The translations under genes were made by a program, and so were the position numbers. The notes under the pieces were generated by a model. The model saw nothing but the letters and a program-made list of their open reading frames with translations, was not told where the DNA came from and ran no database searches. DNA of 58,275 nucleotides, the filler included, from Sphacelaria rigidula (Eukaryota): NCBI GenBank assembly GCA_964200075.2. It is 8 parts of 8 records of this genome, joined end to end, with 100 filler letters (N's around TTAATTAATTAA, not from the genome) between each part and the next. Parts side by side here need not be neighbours in the genome. Positions count along the whole stretch, not along the records: positions 43,784 to 50,979 come from CAXNAA020016013.1; positions 51,080 to 58,275 come from CAXNAA020016014.1; 6 more parts are not named here. One strand, written 5' to 3'. This document shows, piece after piece, positions 48,690 to 58,275 of the stretch (positions within the stretch are counted from its first letter, which is position 1; the number at the start of each line of letters is the position of its first letter).

Positions 48690-49110
48690 ATTTATCTCGC
48701 ATGAATCGCGCGTGGGAAATATGTGCTCAAGATTCATGCTGTATGAGCTACTTTGAGGAGCACGTACGTACGTTTAATGCCACACGAATAACAGGTGGGA
48801 AACATGTTCATATGATTCATACCATACGAATCGCAGGCGAGAAGCATGTACGTATTATTCAGGCCGAATGAATGCCAGGTGAGAAAGGTATACTACCTAT
48901 GATTCATACAGCATGAAAAACGGTATGAATCATATACCTACGATTCATAGCATATCTGTGCAAGATGGGAAACATGTACCTATGGTTTTTGCCGCGAGAA
49001 TCACAGGTGGGAAATAGTTACCAATGACTGATACCATATGAATCGCAGATGTGAAGACTCTGCTTTCGACGGCGTACCGCATGGACGTCACGCGGGAACA
49101 TGTACGTGAC
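48690..49110. repeat. Degenerate minisatellite (~40-45-bp units)
   Basis: Recurrent GAAT..CAGGTGGGAAACATGT.C.TATGATTCATAC-like units. Confidence 0.6.
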
Positions 49111-49124
49111 TTGAAGTGTTGCAC

Positions 49125-49545
49125 GAATAACACGAGATTTTACAAAAAGAGGATGAACATTTTGTGAGGATGAACCTTGGGGACCTTCACGAGCATCGAG
49201 ATAGTTTCGAAATTGAAATGCAGATGCACTCTTCTGGCGTGATGGGTGCCCTCGCTCATCTTCAGAACAATCCATCGGCAATTTGAAAAATGCCGTGTTT
49301 ATACCGAACAATTTCGACCTTTGCGTTTGCATTCCCGTACGAAAAACAAACCCCGTTCGTCAGGATCCTCTGTCACGACAGGAGCTTACAAATTGCGGAT
49401 GATTTGTTTCTAGGATGAGCGAGGCCACACATCACGGCCTAGTAGGGCATTGCCTTTTGTTCCCGAGAGGACATCAGTGCGTATGGAGGCTTTCAAGGTT
49501 CATCTTGAAAATCGCATCCATCCTCAATTTGTCAAGACCTGTGTT
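49125..49545. repeat. Old, diverged foldback (~160-bp arms)
   Basis: Reverse complement of 49125-49285 aligns to 49388-49545 (GATGAGCGAGG.CAC.CATCACG, AAGGTTCATC). Confidence 0.7.
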
Positions 49546-50979
49546 GAATCACGGGCCCAAACCATGCAGGAATCATTTTTTTCTGTGCAAATCGTTCGAT
49601 TGGTTCGTGAAAAGGCGTTGAGTATCGAGCAAGTTGCGAATTTATTCATCCGACGCTTGTCTTACGTGTCATCCCCCACCATCGTTACAACCCCGCCAAT
49701 CTTTTGTGCTTTCGCAGAATGTATTGTGGAGGCTAGTCAGTTTTGGAGCGCATCCTATCACAAACGATTGAAGGCAAAGCAATGCCGCGCAGAAACAATT
49801 CACGCAGAGGGTAGATCCAAGCCATTTATTTCCTCCGTTCCTCCGTCTTTGTCCAACCACGTTATACATCCTACAGTAGGGATCGAAAACGACAAAACGT
49901 AGCGACTCACCGCCGAAGAATATAAAGCAACAAAGCAAGAAGGGCAACGTGACGGAAGAAGGGCAACTCGATAGTATTCGTACTACTTCCCTGAAACACG
50001 TGAGAATAGAGGCGACTGAGCCATCAAACCACGAGCCTGTGGTGGACAGTACAGCAGCCCAAGCACGAGCCAATAATGGTATGCTGTACAGTGCAGCTGG
50101 CACAAAGCGCAGTTCACCACAGTACGAAGAAACGTGTCTCGGTACCAGTTCTAGTGAGAGCAGATGCGGGCGTTTAAACGTCATGATCGCTCAACCCTTC
50201 CCGACTTAGCCTGGCGGCAGGCAACGGGCATACACCTATACTTTTCCTACTCACACGGCCTCGGATTTCGAACCCAGTATCTAAGCTTGGCATGATTCCG
50301 GAGTATCCATTCGCCACCAGAGTAGTGCTTTTTGTTCAGACTCAAAGTCACTCTGGGCTCGAAACAGGCAAAACGAATGCACACACATGACAAAAACAGT
50401 GTTTCTATCATCCATCCCTTCATATCTTGAAGAATTCATTGAAAACGCTGTTCCGACAGAATCGTCACATGGGAGCATCATTTCATAAGGACTAGGCCAG
50501 TTGCCACGGCGCCCGCGGTTAGTCATCGTGTGGCTTCAAATGTAGTTTGATATTGCGTGTAATATGCATACGAAGAGGGGGGGGGGGGAATAGGCAATGC
50601 GTTTTGGGCGCGTCGGTTGTTAAACATCGTCGAAAGCAAAAAGACAAACCGTTCTGAGGAGAGAATGGTCACACCACACTCATCATTTTGCGAAACATAA
50701 ACTTGTAGTTCACGAGAATTTGAAGTGTTCACCTTATCCCACATACCCTCCCCCCGTGAACATAGGGTACAGCTACCTGCTCGTCCGCTCGTTCCTCATC
50801 TTCCATCGTCGCTGCCAACATAGTTCGACGCACCAAAGCTGGACGGTGTATACGTATGATCCCCACGTGCTACGTTATTGAGACTCCAAACCCAATGCCA
50901 AGGGGTGGCGTGTTAAGACAGGGGGGGGGGGGGGGGGGGGATACACGGGGATGCATCCCTACAGTACGGGACGGCAAAG

Positions 50980-51079
50980 NNNNNNNNNNNNNNNNNNNNN
51001 NNNNNNNNNNNNNNNNNNNNNNNTTAATTAATTAANNNNNNNNNNNNNNNNNNNNNNNNNNNNNNNNNNNNNNNNNNNN
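50980..51079. other. Artificial contig-joining spacer
   Basis: Same 100-nt spacer. Confidence 0.99.
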
Positions 51080-52348
51080 TAATTGCGACAGTCGGACCAT
51101 TACACCACCGGGGCGCGGCGGCAATACCTACTACGGCCTTAATTCCCCTCATGCACGCACGAAACAACTCAGGAACTACCCGGGGGTACGTCGGCAGTAA
51201 TTCAGACCACCTTTTTTGACGTCTCCGAGTTCAATACATGAGAAAGCTCACGGGTAGCCCAAAATTTTATAGATGACGCACAATATTGAACAAATACCCG
51301 TGAGGGCAGATTTGGGCAGGGGGCACATGGTGGCGCGGGGTGCAAAAAAATAGACGTCCCGCGGGAGGGTGGTTTTTACCGTGAAATTGGAGGTGGTATC
51401 TACCGTTTTCGCCTTTGGCGTGTGAATGGCAATACTTTGGATTATTCAAAGAAACTGTTGGAATACTCAACAACGTGTGAATATATATACATATATATAT
51501 ATATTGCTTCTCACCCTGGGAAGTGATGCACGCATCCCGACCCTCGAAAACAGGATCACACAGGTGGTATCTACCGTTTCAGCCTCTTACACACGAGCGA
51601 CGATGCCCCTAATATACGAATCAGAACGTGAGGACGAGAAAAGTATTTATCCCCGACCCGCCGTTTCTCCCTACCCGAGGATGAACCGCTTTCATCCTCA
51701 CCAAACACAATGGAGGATGGTATCTACCGTACTGGCCAGATTCACATGTCTTTGCACACGAGTGGCGATGCCCCTATACACGCGGAAGGTATCGTTCGAA
51801 CGTATTCACTATGTGTTACTGCTTCATCGGCGCTTTCTACGATACTCTTCCCTCCCCCCATCCCCTTTCCCGGGGACAAAATCAACGCACTGCCTACCCG
51901 AACAATCTCCACAGAAAGAGAGGTGTTTTCCGACATTTCAGCCGGTTGCGGTCGGACAATAATGAATCTGAACACGTGGACGGTTTCGATAGCCAGTCTA
52001 GGATCTACCGTGAGTGCTGATACATCTCGTTTTTCTTAACGGGAATACAGACACCCCGGGGAAGACATTGTTCTATCCTCTCCCTACGTACACGCAGGGG
52101 CTTTTATGTACCGCCAGGGCCTATTGCGTACGAACGGCGAGGCCCCCGAACACGCGTGAGACATCATTCGGACGCATTCACCCCTCCTTCCTCAGAGATA
52201 AAACCTAGGGTAAAAATATCTTCCTCTCTGACCGTTCCAAGGGCAACCTCAGGATAAAAACAAGAGAAAAACAGACCCAAACCCATATAGGCGCAAACAC
52301 CACCACGTATCGAAGCATCGTTTTGGAATATTTCAAGCATATGTTCTA

Positions 52349-52638
52349 CAGGGCACGATCTTTTGAATACCAGGGGTACTCACCGGGGTATTACTCGTAC
52401 CCGACACGTTCTGTGAGATGAGCAGCTTCCGATACTCGTACCCGATAGTTCCGTAAGTTCGGGAAGCCTTCTATACCGGTACCCAACAGTTCTGCACGAT
52501 CTACAAGAAGTGTTCCACCACTACCCGGGGTACGAGTATACCCTTGACTAAATACCCGGTTGACCGACAGTTCTTTCTGTTTCGTGATAGATACCATACC
52601 CTATCGAACGTACCCGTACCCTACAGGACACAACCTTG
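52349..52638. mobile_element. Possible hAT-like non-autonomous element
   Basis: CAGGG...CCTTG ends and many internal (G)TACCC(G) motifs; 8-bp flanks match only partly. Confidence 0.4.
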
Positions 52639-54828
52639 AAGTTTTCTACAGTAGTGTCAGATCATTTATCCCACGTGTACCCGTACTCTTCTCTCTAACG
52701 GAGTTTCATGGTTTTCTGCTTCAAAATGACAATGATGTCAATTTAGCAGATGACTCACCCTGGCTGTCGATGCGTCATCGTTTGAGGCCAGGGTGAGTAA
52801 TATATAACATGCTGAATCGGCATCATCTTCACTTCAAGAATGAAAGAGAGACCAAAATCACCCACCGTGACGGTCACAGGGTTACCAACGCTCTAAACAC
52901 GACACCCTCCGCCGCAGAACGAGCACCACGGACATTCGTACGTGTGATGAATGCTTAGTTTAGTGTAGATGCAACAAGCAGAGGGGGCCTCCGTGACTCC
53001 GGAGGCTGAGGTTCCATTTCTGCCATGCCTAAGGTTTTGGACGAGGAACGATATACTTCCATGTATCCATCAAGTACCTTGGCATCGACATAATGAGCGT
53101 GGCGGCGAAAACCACCCAAAGCCTTGTACGGGCTGGGCCAGCCTAGAAGCTGATATTTCCCCAGCACACCATAACCTTTTCAGGTTCTCTATTTCACCTG
53201 ACTTAAGGATATCGCTTCGAAGTGCAAAAAGCTACAAAGTCCAGTCACAGCAGAGCATGGCCGCGGGAAATACGACGAAAACAGAAGGAACCACGCGAGC
53301 ACAGGGCCCATATTGTTGTGAAGCCGCTCCCTCCATTCACGCTGACTGTTCGTCTTCAACCACACCATATCCACTTCATACTAGGACAAGAACAAATGCT
53401 GGATATAATCCTTCGACCGGTAGGGCAGGCCAGCTGTTTAATCGGCATCACACTCACTGAAATAAAATAATTGGTGGCCCAGATGATCTACCCTGCTAGT
53501 GGCCAAACGGGTCAAGAAGAATACGAAGTATGTACGGCAGGAACCATCACGTGTGACATTACCGTTCAGCCCCCCATCACAACTCCTCGCTCAGGTACAT
53601 CACAGACATCATACGCCATGCCATGGCTTCAAAATCATTCGAATGACCCGCTGGCAACCCCCTGGGAAGCAGACAACAAGCATCATCAATCACACTTCCG
53701 CAGCTTTTCCTTCACCGCTAGGTCGTGACACTTGACTTGCGCGGATGTCCTGACCGTCCGACTGGCTCCCTTCACCTGATGACACGGACGGTACAAAGGA
53801 TATTAGTTGATGTGTCATACCTGAGCAGAGTGCAGTTCATCGAAAAGTTGCGCAAAATTACCACTCCACTTGAAATCGCCAATGCTACGTGACTACAGCA
53901 GGCACGTAAATGAGCTCTGTAATTTCAGGCAGTCGTGTGAAGATACATGGTCAGCGGATCGGAATCATCAAGTGTTTCTCGCACATCCACTGACCCACAG
54001 CGGATCCAGCCACAGTCACAACTTAGACATATCCAACGCAATACAAAAACAGAATAGTCATCAACGAAGATCGAGAACGGGGAAAAGTGACAAGAGAGGA
54101 GATAAACGTCTCACTAACGAATTCTATAAAACCTACTGAAGTGCATATGGGGGTTACCAGCATATGAAGCTTTGCTTCCGTCTTCCTTTCTGTATCGCGA
54201 AATATGTACGTGATGGTTCAGCAGTGCCGTTGTTTCCCATTCTCAAATACCTGCGACGCTGGCGCTAGTTTTTGGCAGACCAGTCACGGGGGCTGTAGCA
54301 GGCTGAGATGAGCCGCTGTCTTCGTGTATGGGAAGCAAGCGGTCTTGCAGATTGTCAAGGGACGCTTGGTTACGGCAGGTGCGGTAGAGGAACTCCCTCA
54401 ACCTGGGTGACCAAACAATCAGGGGCGAGGGCGTACGTCAGCGAGAGCTACAGAAGTGGCCGGTGCAAGGATGGATGCCGCGATCTGGTACATCCAGGGA
54501 GGTGAGTATCAGGTACCGCAAGCCTTCATGGAGAAACGCGTCAGGGGGAAGAATCTTGTACACCCTACATCGACAACGTTTTCATGGGGAAACGTGAACC
54601 CTGGTGCCCGTACTCGGTTTTGCCACTGAAGCCCTTAATACCCTAAATAGGATATCGACGTCTAGCTGCAAGCACACGCCAGTGTTACAAGCAAAGAAAA
54701 CGCACACAGAATGTAAAATTGGTCATGGTAAAGCGAATGATGAAACCCACTCTCAATCAACGCTCTATTCTCAATATCACGAAAACAGTGTTGACACCCG
54801 AAAACCTCGACGAGCACACCAAACGCAC

Positions 54829-55070
54829 CTGAAAACTCCGTAGTGAATCCAAGCGGAGACCGGCAGCAGTATGAAGAACGTCAGAAGAACATTCACCGCA
54901 GAAGCAAGTGGACAGTTTTTCCAGTCAAGTGTACCGTAGATCAGACGTTCATCTAACGGGCCGAAGTAGTACCAGACTATGTTGAAGAGCAGATAGGCCG
55001 CACAGAATGCGTAGGTCGTGAAGATATCCAGTACACGGAAGGGCGTGGCCACTAGCATATTGTCGACAAC
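54829..55070 (-). CDS. Rolling-stone-like multipass membrane protein, exon
   Basis: CAG acceptor, GTGCGT donor; VVDNMLVATPFRVLD...YLLFNIVWYY...IYGTLDWKNCP...HYGVF with the IY..LDW...P motif and hydrophobic helices. Confidence 0.75.
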
Positions 55071-55589
55071 CTGCAAGATGGGTAAGAGGCGTTTTTGTCG
55101 TGATCGGGTGGGTAGGTGTTGAAAAACCGCACACGAATAACAGCACCGTAACCGCCAGGGTGTCACGCATTCAACAAATATTATTTGACAGAAACGCTCA
55201 GGTAATGCTCTACGTTCACCAAACGTGTCCGCGGTTGCCTCTGTTAACGCAAGGTGGAGGGGGACTGGAAGCAACACTTCTTCCGTGGGGTGATTACAGC
55301 TGGAAGGTGGGATGCATGAGCACACGCCCGCATTTCGTGAGAGTCGAAAGCACGAAAGGGGGGGGGTGCGCACGTCTCTGATAATGAGGGTCACAAAAAC
55401 AAAATATTCGACGTTACTCTCACCTGATGAAAACTGTCAGCCCTCCAGACTTTACATGCCATTCAGTGAACATATGATTTGCCATCACAAGTGAGATCTA
55501 TGTTCGGTCACGGAACATCCACACGCGCAGCACATCACCAACCGAACTGCTGCGACAAAACAGGAAACCATGCGAAAGCACGTACTTAC

Positions 55590-55652
55590 CATGATGACAA
55601 GCAGGAACAAGTTGACATTTATGCCGCTAGAGGACCACGGGCCATGTTGATA
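55590..55652 (-). CDS. Rolling-stone-like membrane protein, preceding exon
   Basis: CAG acceptor, GTAAGT donor; 21 codons YQHGPWSSSGINVNLFLLVIM, joining in phase 0 to VVDNML. Confidence 0.65.
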
Positions 55653-56978
55653 CTGGAAAACACAAAACAACCACGAAGCAAGAGGAGACGGGGACACCAT
55701 GGGAAACACGGGGAACGCATCTGTATCAGCAACCATTTTATAAGCGTTTGGATCGGACTGATGGAAGAAGACGAATTTACAATACTGTATTTTCGATTGG
55801 TGCTAGTGACTAGACGAGCTGGAGAAGCTTGATTCCACCATTCAGTTGCGTTGTCCGCAGCTATCCAGATTTTAGCTGTGTCATTTCAAGGCTTTCATCA
55901 GCGTCTGTCAGGGAGTGTCCAACTGCAGGTTTGTACCTGTGAAATCCCTGAGAACACAAGCCCTTGTCTTCCGAGAATATAACCTGACAGTCTCGCAGAC
56001 ATAATGATTATGCCCACTGCGTGCGTGGATGGCTCTTTCATGCCCTTTGGCCGTGAAATGCGACATAAATACGAAATTTTTGCTCGGAGTACGGCAAATG
56101 TAGAATTCCATTTCCATGATCGAGTGAGAGAGCCAAAATTCTCGGGGCGTCTGTATCACACAGCATAGCAGTTCCAGCTGTGTTTACGAACGGCACTATC
56201 AGCACAATGACCGCACGCGCTCATGATGGTCGGTCTCCATCCACTCAATACAACCGTATGGCACACTACTGACAATGACACGGATGTGTGCGTGCCCGAC
56301 GACTCCCGTGTAGTCGTTGCTGGACTCTTCAGAAGTAGCCAGGCCAACAAAAAGCCACCTGCACGACTGAGCGCCAAACGTTTGCGCGCGTTGGATTGCT
56401 CATGAGCTGCCTAAAGAACGAGTGGTAGAGGACTCTCAGATCCGTTGTCCGAGAACACCAAATATGCGACAGCGGGGTTCGAGAAGTCGGAGCGCTACTT
56501 TCGCGCTACTCTGCGTGCGTGGCTTACAGCTCTGTAGAGAGAAAATATGGGAACATGAGCTAGCTCTGATTTGGATGAGTACATCAAGAAGAAGAAATAT
56601 TCAGGTAGACCATCGTGACCCTAACCCTGAACCCAACCCTTAGGACGTGTGGAAGTTTGGTACGCATTCTATCTATTTTCGCTTTACGGGGCCGAAGAAC
56701 AAGCGTGGAAGACTGTTTGAAGCAAAACATGCCAGGAGCAAGCTTGTTCCGAGTCAACGACAAAATCAACAAGAGCGATGAAAGCAAACTCAACCATCAC
56801 CAATTCCGAATGGGACAAACTCTCGAAGCGACTTTATCTTCAGCATCTTGAAGGAAGCACATGCCTACGGCAAAAACAGTATATAAGTACCTCATGGTAC
56901 AAAAACACTGAAGTGTGGTATGTTGTACACAACTACGCAGAATGGCGCACGCTATCGAAAATACTACGATATCGGTGA

Positions 56979-57009
<31 letters not shown>

Positions 57010-58275
57010 CGCGCGCGCTACGCATGCATTACCATACCTTTCATATCGCGACTGTACTGAATTGTTATCGACGAAAGAGAGATGGCCGCCTAGGCAAGTG
57101 CCCCTACAAAGCGAGGTGCCCATATGAATCTGCTTTGTCTTCTTTTTTCAAGCGCACGATTCCCTCGTCGAAAATGGCTGGGTGTTGTTGTGCAATAACC
57201 CTCCCCTCCCGCATTTCAACAACACACATGGCCATACATTACTTGACCTTGAATGCCGTTGGGATATTGTAAAAACCAACCGTGGTACAATGTACCGACG
57301 GTAGTGCCTCGTAGACCGTCTTCGATCCTCCAGTCCTGGGGGACGACTATTTGATACCTATATCCTACTCACTGTAACAACGTACTTGTACGTTGTTCAA
57401 GCGAACATGATACTTCATCAGTGTACTTTGATGTGCACGACCTGTCGGCAGTATCCTTGAAACTCCACCGCCCCCTGCATGTATACTGCAGTATTTTGCA
57501 GTCTGCAGAATAGCACTCCCATGACAGCAGCCACCATGGGAGAGAATACACGGTCAGAACGCCCGTTTTTGCAGGGTAGGGCCGAAAATGATTTTACTGT
57601 AGCTGCACAGAACTCTACACAAGACGGTACTTCTCAACCATGGGGACCGATACTCGTTTTATCCGTTTGGACGAGTGCGTGAATCCACTCATCCAAGTAC
57701 TCGTATGATGGCACACTCACGGACACTCGATTATTGCGTTGTCGGCAACACTTCTGGTCCAGCACCGGATCTCTCCAGAACTGGGAAGCGACAAGAGTTC
57801 CAGGGGTAGAACGACGCGTAACACTCCTACGTTCTCATCTGGTACTGATATTCAAAACGACGGGTTTTCCCCCCAACAGCATGCCCAGACTGTACCCTTC
57901 TGTGCAGCACGCACCATGAAATACCGAATATTTGCCGGCGTGAGGGAATATGATCGAGTACGGATTTGAACGTGGCCAGTCTGCTTCAAGTACCAACGAC
58001 CGTGGTTGGGGAGAGGGGGGCTCGTTCCGAGCGACGGGTGCCAAGTTGTGGCGTTTGAAGGGGGACAACGGATACAGCAGGTTTATCGTTGCCAAGCCAC
58101 ACAGCAAAAACGGTATCAGCGACAAACACGGGTATGGCCCACACATATTACACGGCACACCGATTAGGCGATCCCACCAGCCAACCGGAAGACAATCCGT
58201 CGTCGTGCCGTCAACACGGGACGATCGCTGCCAATCATCTTTCGTCCCGTGTTGACGGCACGACGACGGATTGTC

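Noticed and set aside
51390-52015. GGTATCTACCGT motif repeated at ~150-280-bp spacing as a CRISPR-like array
   Set aside because: The repeats are short and degenerate, some intervening segments resemble each other, and there are no cas genes. An old tandem repeat is more likely.
52955-54510. Further downstream exons of the rolling-stone-like gene
   Set aside because: There are several candidate acceptors, but none could be linked with a convincing phase and motif.

Overview
This window is not one locus. It is eight unrelated ~7.2-kb contigs (1-7198, 7299-14495, 14596-21792, 21893-29089, 29190-36386, 36487-43683, 43784-50979, 51080-58275) joined by identical artificial 100-nt spacers (44 N + TTAATTAATTAA + 44 N). 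The DNA is eukaryotic, intron-rich and dominated by transposons; a brown alga (Phaeophyceae) is my best guess, by inference only. I could splice three host genes by hand: an LSD1/KDM1-type amine-oxidase histone demethylase (4 exons, minus strand) with a ~420-aa low-complexity, AT-hook-bearing insertion inside the amine-oxidase domain; a TspO/MBR gene (2 exons); and a rolling-stone-like membrane protein (2 exons). Mobile elements include a Ty1/Copia 5' end (LTR, PBS, gag-protease), two Copia RT/RNaseH remnants with a shared breakpoint, two LINE remnants, two decayed Academ-like (XPG/PIN + Cys8) DNA transposons, a DIRS-like RT relic, several MITE families, a tRNA-headed SINE, and a ~700-bp non-coding element whose 3' tail resembles the LINE tail and usually ends in a C-run. 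There is no CRISPR array, rRNA gene or convincing intact tRNA. All family calls come from motif recognition, not database searches. The best candidates for novelty are the AT-hook LSD1, the C-tract-associated retroelement tail, the Academ-like family and the intronic twin hairpins.
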